Below, in pieces: positions 37,255 to 48,430 of a stretch of DNA of 64,000 nt. The stretch's first letter is position 1. Every line of letters starts with the position of its first letter. The translations under genes were made by a program, and so were the position numbers. This DNA is from Macrostomum lignano (Eukaryota), in NCBI GenBank assembly GCA_002269645.1, contig NIVC01001024.1, positions 1 through 64,000 of the forward strand. Direction: 5' to 3'. The notes under the pieces are model-generated. The model ran no database searches. It saw nothing but the letters and a program-made list of their open reading frames with translations, and was not told the DNA's origin.

Positions 37255-37400
37255 GCACTAGAGGGCGCCATAATGTACACTAGAGAGGCGCCATAATGTA
37301 CACTAGAGGGCGCCATAATGTACACTAGAGGGCGCCATAATGTACACTAGAGGGCGCCATAATGTACACTAGAGGGCGCTATACTATACACTAGAGGGCT
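37255..37400. repeat. 22-bp minisatellite CACTAGAGGGCGCCATAATGTA
   Basis: About six tandem units. Confidence 0.9.
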
Positions 37401-37529
37401 TATTGCTTTTGCAGAGTGGTGTACTTGCTTTGATTGTTTGACCAAAAATTATGTTTGTTCACTAATTGCTTACGTAGAATACTTGAACTCTTTGTTTATT
37501 TACAGACGCCTAAACTGCATTCTTTGCAT

Positions 37530-38360
37530 TGGTGGGCGCCCCTGTCTGTTGGTGGGCGTCCCTGTCTGTTGGTGGGCGCCCCTGTCTCTTGGTGGGCGCC
37601 CCTGTCTTTTGGTGGGCGCCCCTGTCTCTTGGTGGGCGCCACAGTCTCTTGGTGGGCGCCCCTGTCTCTTGGTGGGCGCCCCTGTCTCTTGGTGGGCGCC
37701 CCTGTCTTTTGGTGGGCGCCCCTGTCTCTTGGTGGGCGCCACAGTCTCTTGGTGGGCGCCCCTGTCTCTTGGTGGGCGCCCCTGTCTTTTGGTGTGCGCC
37801 ACTGTCTCTTGGTGGGCGCCCCTGTCTCTTGGTGGGCGCCCCTGTCTCTTGGTGGGCGCCCCTGTCTCTTGGTGGGCGCCCCTGTCTCTTGGTGGGCGCC
37901 CCTGTCTCTTGGTGGGCGCCCCTGTTTCTTGGTGGGCGCCCCTGTCTCTTGGTGGGCGCTTCTGATTTATAAAGGTGTGAATCCCTGTCTATTAGGCTGG
38001 TGATTGTCACGCCGAAGAGTTAGCAAAAATTTAAGGTCTTCTCATTCGTTGAGTTTGGTTTAAAATTCATAAATAATCATTTATTAATTTTGAAACGGGA
38101 AGTAAACAATTAAAATTAATTCTATTGTGAATCTATTGTAAAACGAGAGGCAAAAAAATTAATAATGAGTTATTTGTTGTGAAACGGGAGGTAAACTTCA
38201 TTAATATTAATTCATTTATTTTGAAGTGGGAGGTAAAACTCATTAATTTGCAAATATTAACCAATCGCAGGAAATAATATTTATATCTGAAGTGCACCAC
38301 AACTTGAAGCATATACTCGTAGATCGAATTCGACAAAATGTATAGGCCCATACTTTAGTA
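37530..38360 (+). mobile_element. 20-bp-minisatellite-carrying element, copy 3 (about 21 units of GGTGGGCGCCCCTGTCTCTT)
   Basis: Long array 37530-37962 followed by the conserved tail; explains the repetitive ORFs 37434-38010. Confidence 0.8.
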
Positions 38361-38760
38361 AACTTCCTAGTGCGAGTAGTATAATTCCTACTTTAATCTG
38401 TAAATATTAGTGTTAGAAATGGGCGAGAAGTAAAACTCCAGAATAAGACACTAAGACTAAGACTAAGACAAAAGACTAAGCTAGCAGGCTCGAGGAGAGT
38501 ACGATGTATTATAAAAGGCTTGCAAAAACTTGAAATAAAAGTAGGGGAATGTTTTCCGGCGTCCCAACACAACCAGTGATTCAGATCGCTGGAATTCCTA
38601 TATATGCCTTTAGAAGTTAAGAGATATATTAAAAGTTGAAACGGAGATGACTCAGTGCCTTGCTCAGCTAAATTCAGAGTAAAGCACATGTTCGACACAA
38701 CAGGTTTAACACCTGGGTTATTCCCAAGACCGATGCAGTTGACAGCGCAGCATCCGGACA

Positions 38761-39522
38761 TCAGGCGAAGGGAGAGACGCACTCGCACAGAACGGCAGAC
38801 ATGATGCATGTCCCGGTACAGTCGCTCAGACCAGCTAAACCAAGATATCTGAATAAAATATTTTCGACACCTCCATAGTTGTTGGGCTCACCGTCGGCCC
38901 ACAAAGCAGCGTCCACGGTGTCATTGCAGCCGACCCAGTACCAGCCGCCAGCCGGCTCCGCACTGCCTGCTGGCTGGAGGCCTCCGAGCCAGATCGATTG
39001 TCCAGAGCTGTAGTTCGAGTAGATCGAGTCCACATGGCTCATCTCCTTCTCGCTGGTCACGTCGGCCATGATGACCAGACCGCTCTCTGACTCGCACTTC
39101 TGCCTGCTCGGCCACCACGTCCCGATGCCAGAGTACAGCCTGTACTTCACTCCGCACAGGTCCATGCCGTAGCCAGACGGACACAGCGCGCCCGCCTCGA
39201 GTCCCGGCCGCTGCTTGACGAACACCTGGCCTCTCCTAGAGCAGCCGCAGCTCCTCACCGACTTGCTGCACTTTTCGAACACGAACAGCTGGCACGGACC
39301 GTCAGCCAGGCTGAACGCCTGACAGCGCTGGTTTTGAGTGCACAGAGCGGCGCACCCGACTTCGTTGAGTACGCTTGAGTAGGTCTCAACAAACTCGCCG
39401 TTGATGCAGAGATATCCGTTGATGAGAACATACAGCTGCTGGTTGTCACTGCCGAGCGTGAGGCCCAGAGCCAAAAACGTCGTCAAGAGTTTTATGCCCA
39501 TCGTCAAGAGATTATTGCTCAT
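38761..39522 (-). CDS. Secreted PAN/Apple + C-type lectin domain protein (copy 2, canonical EPN motif)
   Basis: 253-aa intronless ORF; same architecture as 22748-23494; WADGEPNN. Confidence 0.9.
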   Translation of the reverse strand: MSNNLLTMGIKLLTTFLALGLTLGSDNQQLYVLINGYLCINGEFVETYSSVLNEVGCAALCTQNQRCQAFSLADGPCQLFVFEKCSKSVRSCGCSRRGQVFVKQRPGLEAGALCPSGYGMDLCGVKYRLYSGIGTWWPSRQKCESESGLVIMADVTSEKEMSHVDSIYSNYSSGQSIWLGGLQPAGSAEPAGGWYWVGCNDTVDAALWADGEPNNYGGVENILFRYLGLAGLSDCTGTCIMSAVLCECVSPFA

Positions 39523-40699
39523 GGCTGTGCTTCAGAAACTGCGACGGTAAAGTCGACAGACACAGGAGCAGCAGAGTTTCAGCTTAGAATTTATACTCGT
39601 AGCCTTCGATTCGAGTGCCTCTTCTGTCTGTTTGAGCAGAAAACATGCAACTGTTTGAAAATGCTCAAACGGGAGCAGTTTCTTACTTTTCTCAAACTTT
39701 TGTGTGACTCAAAACTAAGACTCAGCCGTTCAAAGGAAGCTGAAAAACATTTTTACGACTGAAGATGCTACCTCAAAGACTTTTAGCTCCCTCATGAGAA
39801 AATTGACAAGTTTTTAGCAGATGTCAACGATGTTAAAGTCTCTGTGCATATATAAATTAACCAGAGTCTTTGCCACCGTGGGTGCATGGGAGGACATGGT
39901 AAAAGCTGTGTGAGGAAAATACCAATGCTTTGTTCCATGCCTACCTTGTGGCCCGCTATGGAAATCAAAGATGTTTCGCTCCAGGGCGTCGAACTGAGTA
40001 CCTAGGTCGTAGCAATTGGCTATCACTTTCAGTCTACGAGCATAATACTCGCTTTTGTATAAAGATGATTAGAACAATTTTAGTGCATCTATCTTTTTCA
40101 ACTCTGGCGGAACAGACAGAGATGGGACCGGTTTCGCGATGTTGGCTTATCTTGCTTGGTTATTTTCGTGTCCATGCATGTGAATTCTCTGTAAACATCG
40201 CAAATTTTAGGATTAACTTTAACTTCTAAAGCAAGCAAAAAGAAGTCGACTCATAAATCGCGAGAGTCAATACCCAGACGGGATCGGAAGTAAATGCACC
40301 AGCTGCTTGTTTGACTATCAGTCCGGTGTCTGTAACTGCATCCAGGCAGGCGCAGAAATTTCACTGCCGAACGTGAGACCCAGGGCCAAAAACATTTTCT
40401 AGAGATTACTGCTCATTGTCTGTGCCTTAGAAACTACGGCACTGGGTTGTGCCATTTTTTTATCTCATATTGTTAGATACACTCGAAATTGTCATAGCGA
40501 ACATTCAGAAAATTTTCTTACTCATTCCGACAGCTGCTCACTGACAATTTAACTCTAAGTAAGGGACTCTTAGTTTAACTCCTTTAAAGAGGAAGGGAAA
40601 GTTGATTGAATCAATAGTAAACGTCAGTCGCACAAAATCATAATAGTTCATCTATATGCAATATTCAATTCAGTTAGAATCGCGATGCTTAATGACGCG

Positions 40700-41230
40700 T
40701 GTGGGACCCCCTCGCATGCAGAAGCGTGTCGACTCTCCAGGGCATCACCTGGATGAGGCGGCACAGAAAGTCCTGCGGAAGCTGCTGCCCAGCGTTTTCA
40801 GCGGCATGACGCAGCTCTGCAACATTCTGTGGTGGATTCTCTTTTTGAATGCTGCTTTTGAGGAAGTCCCAGACGTGCTCAATGGGATTCAGGTCTGAGG
40901 ACAGGAAAGATCAGCGTAGAGCGCGCAGCTGTAGCTGTTCTGAGTTGACGGACAGCATCGGCTTGGTGTGGCGACGCATTGTCATCCTGGAGAATGGAGT
41001 TGCCGACGCCTCCGAAGGCAGCATCGGCAAATGGTAGGAACCAAGTCTGCTGAAGATCTGCGCAACTATTGGCGTTCACGTTGGCATCCAGAAAGACAAT
41101 ATGTATCCTTGAATGTAGCGAAATATCGTTCCAAACATGCACTGAAGTAGTCTGGCCCTCAGCGCACTGCACATACGAGGGTACTGCTAAGCATCTCCTG
41201 CTGCGGTTCTCGCCAGACTAAGTTTTTAAG
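40700..41230 (-). mobile_element. Tc1/mariner transposase remnant (DD34E C-terminal part)
   Basis: SVHVW...ILQDDNASPH, then after a frame change SDLNPIEHVWDFLK...LIQVMPWRVDTLLHARGSHTRH*. No TIRs recognised. Confidence 0.85.
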
Positions 41231-41264
41231 AACTTCTGACTGTTGTTGTTTGTGTTGACTGCTT

Positions 41265-41525
41265 ATCATAATTATCATAGCCAGTCATAATTATCATAGC
41301 CAGTCATAATTATCATAGCCAGTCATAATTATCATAGCCAGTCATAATTATCATAGCCAATCATAATTATCATAGCCAATCATAATTATCATAGCCAGTC
41401 ATAATTATCATAGCCAGTCATAATTATCATGGCCAATCATAATTATCATAGCCAGTCATAATTATCATATCCAGTCCTAATTGTCATAGCCAGTAATAAT
41501 TATCATAGCCAGTTCTAATTATCAG
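41265..41525. repeat. 19-bp minisatellite CATAATTATCATAGCCAGT
   Basis: About 13 units; a degenerate paralog lies at ~26805-27020. Confidence 0.92.
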
Positions 41526-41986
41526 TAATAACTAATTAGCAGGACGCAAAATTGCATTGCTCAAACACCGATTACTGCCAGTTTTTAAAAAGTTATTTGC
41601 ATATTATGTTATTGAAAGATTTAGGGCCTTTCGAGAAGAGGACAGCTAGGTATTATTACAAGGATAGCTACGCGATTTTTGATAGGTGGAACAAAAGGCG
41701 AACAATGAATCAATAAAGTATCAATACTCGTAGCCAGGTTTTTTGGAAACTTCTCTTTAAAAAGCATGGGTCCTTGAATTAAATTTGATTTTAAAAAGAA
41801 CAGGTAAACCGAAAAGTACTTTTAAAAAGGTTGCTTACGAGCAAAAAGTCAGTAGACCTAAATATGCGAGACAGATATTTTACGTATCTGACAGAGTGTT
41901 TCTTAATCCTATAGTAGGCTGACAACAAACAACAATAAAAAACAGCAATGTTGTCAGTTAGATCCGTCGAGCTCGTGGCAAACAGC

Positions 41987-43075
41987 TCAGCAAACTGAAC
42001 CCAAGGCTTGAAAGTCCTCAGCCGTCATGGATACGGGAGCAAGGGCAAAGCAGATGATCCTTCCCTCAAAAGCGACAGAATCCCTGGTGCCCGGTGATCC
42101 CAGCCAGATCTCACTGTAGTCGGCACCAATATTCAGCTCGTAGTTGGTCTTCGTTGAAACAGAAAAGGCTGTGCCATTGTAGACAACAGTGTGAGCTCCA
42201 GAAGCTCTGCTGTAGCTCAGGCCCATGTAGAACTTCTTCAAAGGCTCCAGAGGCAACGAAGCATCCGTGAGGAACCCAGTCAGACTGGTAAACAAGTTGG
42301 CAAATTTTACTTTCCTGCCCAAAAAATAGGCGAACGCGCAGAACGGAGTGTTGCTTCCACCAGACGTCACCACACGCAACAGGTGAATATTATCGGAAGG
42401 AACTCTTGGCGATCTGTCAATGCTAAAGAAAACTGAGTACTCTTTGCTGGGAGAGACGAAAGCTTGAAATCCCGGAGATTGCAGCGGGATTTTCACGAAC
42501 GAATCGAACCGGCCTGGCAGCACGGCGCCCGACAAGTTGCGCGCGGCGGCCCCGACGAACTGCGCCGGTGCCGACGTCAAAAAACCGGCACCGACGCTGC
42601 CGCCGAGGTTCCTATCGGAGACGCGGAAGTCAAAGAAAGCGGACATTCGAGCAGCGAACGGCCAGCCCGATGCTCCGGATGCGTTGCGTCTCAGCAGCGT
42701 CGCCACGCAGTCACCTCGAGTCGCCGTCACAGCAGCCTCGGTCTCGCTGGCGGGTTGCGGCAGCTCCGGGGTCACGTGACACAGACGGTCAGCGAACCGG
42801 AACTGAGCGACGGCGCAGACGGTCGGTCGGAGAGCGCAGGCCAGGGCGCAGGACTGCAGGTCGGCGGCGCCGTTGATGAGCTGCGCGTTCGGCAGTCGAA
42901 TCTGGCGCTGCCGATCCGAATCCGGCACGCAGGTTTCGCTATGCAGGGGCTGCAGCGACTGCCGGGCGCTGCTGGGACAGCCGGTCGTGTCCGCGGCTCC
43001 ACTGGCAGCTATCAGCAGCAGCTGAAGCAGAAGAAGCAGAAGAAGAGACGGCAACTCGATCGGGTGGAACCGCAT
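41987..43075 (-). CDS. Secreted PAN/Apple-like + LamG/concanavalin-A-like protein (copy 2, 362 aa)
   Basis: Colinear, same-length paralog of 27468-28556. Confidence 0.82.
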   Translation of the reverse strand: MRFHPIELPSLLLLLLLQLLLIAASGAADTTGCPSSARQSLQPLHSETCVPDSDRQRQIRLPNAQLINGAADLQSCALACALRPTVCAVAQFRFADRLCHVTPELPQPASETEAAVTATRGDCVATLLRRNASGASGWPFAARMSAFFDFRVSDRNLGGSVGAGFLTSAPAQFVGAAARNLSGAVLPGRFDSFVKIPLQSPGFQAFVSPSKEYSVFFSIDRSPRVPSDNIHLLRVVTSGGSNTPFCAFAYFLGRKVKFANLFTSLTGFLTDASLPLEPLKKFYMGLSYSRASGAHTVVYNGTAFSVSTKTNYELNIGADYSEIWLGSPGTRDSVAFEGRIICFALAPVSMTAEDFQALGSVC

Positions 43076-44343
43076 CGGTAAATCAAATTAGTTAACAAAC
43101 GGTGAGACACGCACAGTGTGTGGATATGAAAACTGTTGGAACTGAGTCGCTGTATTTGGCTTCAACACGGCTTGGCTGATCAGCCAATGAGTAGCGCTTG
43201 TGATAACCATCAAACTGTAGCATGAGTTTTTAGGGATTTGGAGCAATAGCTTTATTTGACCTTTCTTCATGCGCTCATCAATGCAAGGCTTCCCGCATGC
43301 TTGCACGTCTCTCGCGCGTCTCTCTAAGATTCCTACGGATATCTAGCAATCATCAAGTTCTGCTCTCAGCTTTTACACTTTATAATTTTATGTTGATAAT
43401 TTTTTCTTGGGTAACACTGTTATCCACTCAGTTACACGTCTCTTGTTATATTTTTTCCCATAGGTTCGTTGAATTTTGCATTCTCGTGACAAAATGATTG
43501 TGTTGTGCAATCGTGCCCTTTCTCGCCCTCCTGCCCCGCCCCAACCTTCCAGTCTGCCCTACCCCTCCAATCAATAATGAATGCGTACGCCGATCACGCC
43601 ACCCCGCCCCACCTCCCCTGCTGTACCGTACATTTGTTCTTAAGGTATATTCATGTACGCGTAGGACCAATGAAAAATATATAGTCGCTGTCTGGAGGGC
43701 AGACTCCTCCCTTGCGCGCGTTGGTCCGCCTCCGTTGGCTATTAACGACTCGTCGATCTACCATAAAAAGTGCACGGCGAACTGCATCGGCTACGGTGTG
43801 TAAGTTCGTGTTCGCGAGTTACTGTCCTTTTTCTGCTTCTCCCTAGGGCGCGGGACGGGAGCTCTGACTGGGGACCTGGGGGTCGCAGCTTCCCAACAGG
43901 TTAAAGCTGTAGGCGTTGCTCCGGAGGACGGGGCTCACAACAATTGGCAGCAGGCAAAGGTGGAAAGTGCCTTAGCTGACAAGAAAAATTTAAATAGAAT
44001 ATTTACTCCTAAGTCCTAATCCGGTTTCTGAGAAAACAGACACCTGCTTCAGAAACTCGAGATGATTGGAAAAGAATGGTGAAAGCTGACAGCTGCAGCA
44101 CGTCAATCATGTCCAATTAAACGCATGCCCTGTAGCTGACAAAATCTGCTGGCATCGTTAAAGCTGTGAGCAGAGAGCTAATCAAGGCAGTGAGGTACAT
44201 GTAGAATCTAAACGCTTGAAGCATCAATGCTCCTAAGAAGAAACTCTATCAAAGAAGCCATAAGTTCTGAGCTGCAACTTGAATGAAAGCAGCCCCATCT
44301 GTGAATTTGAGCTCGTACCGACGGAGTTTCTTAAGCACAGACG

Positions 44344-45033
44344 ATGAGCAGTGATCTCTTGACGATGTTCTTGGCTCTGGGCCTCATCAACAGATATCTC
44401 TGCAACAACGGCGAGTTTGTTGAGACCTACTCAAGCACGCTGAGCAAAGTCGGCTGCGCCGCTCTGTGCACCCAAAAGGCGTTCAGTCTGGCTGACGGTC
44501 CGTGCCAGCTGTTCGTGTTCGACAAGTGCAGCAAGTCGGTGAGGAGCTGCGGCTGCTCCAGGAGAGGCCGGGTGTTTGTCAAGCAGCGGCCGAGACTCGA
44601 GGCGGGCGCGCTGTGTCCGTCTGGCTACGGCATGGACCTGTGCGGAGTGAAGTACAGCCTGTACTCTGGCATTGGGACGTGGCGGTCGGGCAGAGAGCAG
44701 TGCGAGTCAGAGAGCGGTCTGGTCATCATGGCCGACGTGACCAGCGAGCAGGAGATGAGCCATGTGGACTCGATCTACTCGAACTTCAGCTTTGGACAAT
44801 CGATCTGGCTCGGAGGCTTCCAGCCAGAAGGCAGTGCGGAGCCGGCTGGCGGCTGGTACTGGGTCGGCTGCAATGACACCGTGGACGCTGCTCTGTGGGC
44901 CAACAATGAGCCAAAAAATGGGGGTGACTAAAACGTTATATTCAGATTTCATGGTGTAGCTGGTCTGTCCGACTGTACCGAGACATTGCCAGTGTCTACC
45001 GTTCTATGCGAGTGCGTCTCGCCCTTCATCTGA
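44344..45033 (+). pseudogene. PAN + C-type lectin copy 3, inverted, with one in-frame stop (44929-44931) and small N-terminal deletions
   Basis: After TAA the same frame continues NVIFRFHGVAGLSDCTETLPVSTVLCECVSPFI*; paralogs have GAA (Glu) at that codon. Confidence 0.88.
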
Positions 45034-45683
45034 TGTTTGCGGTTGCCGCGCTGTCAACTACGGATATCGGTCTTTGGAATAACCTGGCATTAATGGTTTC
45101 GTATGGAGCGCCGGATTTACTACGAGTAGTAGCAACGAATTGGCTTATCATATCTTGTTAAGCAAAGCCAATTAATGCCAATGGAAATAACCCTGACGTG
45201 CATATCTCCTTTACTTTTTAATTCTCACAATAAATTAGTGTCAATTTCTATCCGATTTTTCCAATCTATTTAAGATCGATTAAATGAAAAGCACTGCCTC
45301 GTAGGGAGGAATAAGTCGAATGGAGCAGACAAATATGCACGGTTCAGTAGCAGAATAAATCGATATAAAAAGCCATTCAAGAAATACAATTTTTGCCCAC
45401 TCGTACAATTGTGCAGTTTAGATCCTTTTCGTCTCTTAAGTCTCGTTGTCTAAGTAATTTCTCTCCATACGGTTGGGAAAGCTACGTAAATGTATTAATA
45501 TTAAAATGCCTGCTTCCCATTTAGTACTGTACAGTATTTTCCCAATCACAATACATGTATACTATACTAGCACACACTAGACTATGAATACTCCTCTCAA
45601 CAACCAGAGCATAAAAGTTACGAAGAGAAAAGCTGCAACGCACTAGCGCAGTTCCTACTCAAAGCGCCTACCAGCAGAAAATC

Positions 45684-47690
45684 ATGCAATCCGCTCGTTG
45701 TTCAATGCGCCTCTGCCGCAGTCCCGCTGTTGGCGAGTCGCCTGTAACCTGCCAGCCTCTCTGCGACTTGCACATGCAGCAAGACTTCATCGAAGTAGAC
45801 GAGGCTCAAGCCAGAGTAGCCCACAAAGTGCAGCTCTTCAAGAAGTACCAGGAGCCCATGAGACTGATGCAGCAGAGACTCACATCCGACCTGCAGCTGC
45901 TCGATGACACCTTTACCGACCTGAGAGAGACATTGGACAGGTGTCAAAGTGAGCTCGTTGCCGTCGTTACCAAGCAGCATGACCAGCTCATGGACCACCT
46001 GTCAAGTCTCTCAGAGCTGGACGACTTCGAGAAGGAGCTAAAGAAAGCCAAGGATAACAGTAGGCAAACTTTCCTCATCAACAGGAGCATGGAGGGATCG
46101 CTGAAGACATTGCAGCTGGACTCGAATCTGGTGAGATTGGATGAGGAAAGTCAGACAGTCGAAATCGCAGCTTACCCGGATTTGAACTCGAGAATAAGAG
46201 AGCTTGAGACCGCAATGAGTGCTGAGTTGGTTTTACTCAGAAAAATCGTTGAGCAGTTTGATGCTGCTGCCGATTCTGGGCAGATTAATGAAGAGATTTT
46301 AATTCGAGCAGAAGAGATCACAAGTGAGGCAGAGATGCTGATGACGACTGCAGTATGTCTCACAGTGTGCAGCAACACCACAGGATTTGTCACTGACGAG
46401 TCAGGTATGATTGAGAAGGCTACTGAGGATTGCAACGAGCGTCTGCCACAGCCGATTATCTTTGTAGCTGTTCAACCTGAAGCTGATCAAGAGCAGCAAC
46501 TCCCACCAGAGTCAATGCCTGAAGGCAGTTCAAGCCCGAATGACATGGCGTTTAAAATTTTGCTACTCTCCGATGATGCAAAAGAAGTTGGACGCCTCAC
46601 GTGCAGCTGGGAGGCCGATCAGTCAATCCGAGATCTCCACTGCGACAATGACCGACAGCTGCTGTTCATCGCTCAGGAGACATCGGTGACAGTGACCGAC
46701 CTCAGCGGAGCTCTCAAGTCAAGAATCTGCATCACCGAGTTGCACGAAGGCGCTACGGAACTGTGGTGCATTGCTGGAAACTGCGACAAGCTGTTTGCTC
46801 TAATTGAAATACAAGACGGCAGTCTGGCCATTGTGGGAGTCGAGAAAGACTCTGGTAAGGTTCAACTGGCCTTTTCCATACTCAGTGGTTGTGAGCTTGC
46901 AAAAGAATATAGCAAGATGTCAGTTAGAGATCAGATGCTGTTCTTGTCTGATAGGTGGGATGTTTTCACTATCTGCATCATTACTAAGAAGCTGATCAAC
47001 TCAAGGTCGTTCTATATGGGACCATGCCAGACTCCGGGCTTGTGCAGTGACACAGAAGACCAAATATATGCCGTGGCTGGGGAGAACTCTGTTCCAGCTG
47101 AATTTCAACTGGCTCCTTGCGCAGCTTCACTCACACTGTGGCCGACATCAGAGACTCCACAGTACATCCTGTCCTCTGATGCAGGCGCTCAGTACAAAGT
47201 GGCAAAGCTGGAGAATGGTCGAGTCATTGTTACAACCTGGCGAATCGACTATGTGAACAGAGAGGAATTCGAAGATGAAGATAAAAGCGGAAGTGGCGGA
47301 AGTGGACCATCAGGAAGAGAAGCGACACCGTACGGTCAGCCGACACCATTGGCTTTTGCAATGGGAGGTGCCATCGAGTGGCAGACGCCAAATCCGGCCT
47401 CCAGCGCAGCGGCTTCTCGAGCATGGAGTCCCATGTCCAATGATCCGCGCATACATCAGCAGCAGCATCAGCAGCACCAGGGCTATCAGCATCAGCATCA
47501 GCATCAGTATCAGCATCAGCAGCAGCATCAGTATCAGCATCAGCAGCAGCATCAGTATCAGCATCAGCAGCAGTATCAGTATCAGCATCAGCACCAGCGC
47601 TATCAGCATCAGCAGCCGCGACGATCTCCTGGCGGACCCATTGGTTACTCGCTGTACACGCAGCCGCAGCAGAATTGGCCCTTCGAGTGA
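45684..47690 (+). CDS. B-box-like Zn finger + coiled coil + predicted beta-propeller-like domain + Gln/His-rich tail (RING-less TRIM-like), 668 aa
   Basis: C-x4-C-x11-C-x3-C-x2-H at the N-terminus, heptad-rich helical region, beta-rich region (IRDLHCD..RQLLFIAQ..SVTVTD), (CAGCAT)n tail. Family label is inferred from motif pattern. Confidence 0.75.
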   Translation: MQSARCSMRLCRSPAVGESPVTCQPLCDLHMQQDFIEVDEAQARVAHKVQLFKKYQEPMRLMQQRLTSDLQLLDDTFTDLRETLDRCQSELVAVVTKQHDQLMDHLSSLSELDDFEKELKKAKDNSRQTFLINRSMEGSLKTLQLDSNLVRLDEESQTVEIAAYPDLNSRIRELETAMSAELVLLRKIVEQFDAAADSGQINEEILIRAEEITSEAEMLMTTAVCLTVCSNTTGFVTDESGMIEKATEDCNERLPQPIIFVAVQPEADQEQQLPPESMPEGSSSPNDMAFKILLLSDDAKEVGRLTCSWEADQSIRDLHCDNDRQLLFIAQETSVTVTDLSGALKSRICITELHEGATELWCIAGNCDKLFALIEIQDGSLAIVGVEKDSGKVQLAFSILSGCELAKEYSKMSVRDQMLFLSDRWDVFTICIITKKLINSRSFYMGPCQTPGLCSDTEDQIYAVAGENSVPAEFQLAPCAASLTLWPTSETPQYILSSDAGAQYKVAKLENGRVIVTTWRIDYVNREEFEDEDKSGSGGSGPSGREATPYGQPTPLAFAMGGAIEWQTPNPASSAAASRAWSPMSNDPRIHQQQHQQHQGYQHQHQHQYQHQQQHQYQHQQQHQYQHQQQYQYQHQHQRYQHQQPRRSPGGPIGYSLYTQPQQNWPFE

Positions 47691-47764
47691 AAGAGATACG
47701 ACTGGTCGTAGACTTGTGACCCATATCAGTTTGTCGTAGTTTTAAGACATTCGTCGTGCTTTAA

Positions 47765-48430
47765 TTTGTAGTAGCCTTGTCACCTATAATAATTTGTAGT
47801 AGCCTTGTCACCTATAATAATTTGTAGTAGCCTTGTAACCCACATCGGTTTATAGTAGCCTCGTCATTCAAATCAATGTGTAGTAGCCTCGTCATTCAAA
47901 TCAATGTGTAGTAGCCTCGTCATTCAAATCAATGTGTAGTAGCCTCGTCATTCAAATCAATGTGTAGTAGCCTCGTCATTCAAATCAATGTGTATTAGCC
48001 TCGTCATTCAAATCAATGTGTAGTAGCCTCGTAATTCAAATCAATGTGTAGTAGCCTCGTCATTCAAATCAATGTGTAGTAGCCTCGTCATTCAAATCAA
48101 TGTGTAGTAAACTGGTAATTCAAATCAATGTGTAGTAGCCTCGTCATTCAAATCAATGTGTAGTAGCCTCGTCATTCAAATCAATGTGTAGTAGCCTCGT
48201 CATTCAAATCAATGTGTTAGTAGCCTCGTAATTCAAATCAATGTGTAGTAGCCTCGTAATTCAAATCAGTGTGTAGTAGCCTCGTAATTCAAATCAGTGT
48301 GTAGTAAGCTAGTAATTGAAATCAATGTGTAGTAAACTGGTAATTCAAATCAATATGTAGTAAACTAGTAATTAAAATCAATGTGTAGTAGCCCTGTCAC
48401 CCATATCAATTTGCAGTAGCGCTATCAGTA
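47765..48430. repeat. 28-bp minisatellite (TCAAATCAATGTGTAGTAGCCTCGTCAT), same family as 51590-51790 and 61605-61810
   Basis: About 20 contiguous units without spacers; shared core TGTAGTAGCC(T/C)(T/C)GT. Confidence 0.92.

Noticed and set aside
22748-45033. Diversity-generating retroelement acting on the C-type lectin tails
   Set aside because: Differences involve all four bases rather than only adenines, no non-coding template repeat is visible, and the RT in the window is gypsy-type.
47765-48430. 28-bp repeat array as a CRISPR array
   Set aside because: Units are contiguous with no unique spacers, there are no cas genes and the context is eukaryotic; it is a minisatellite.
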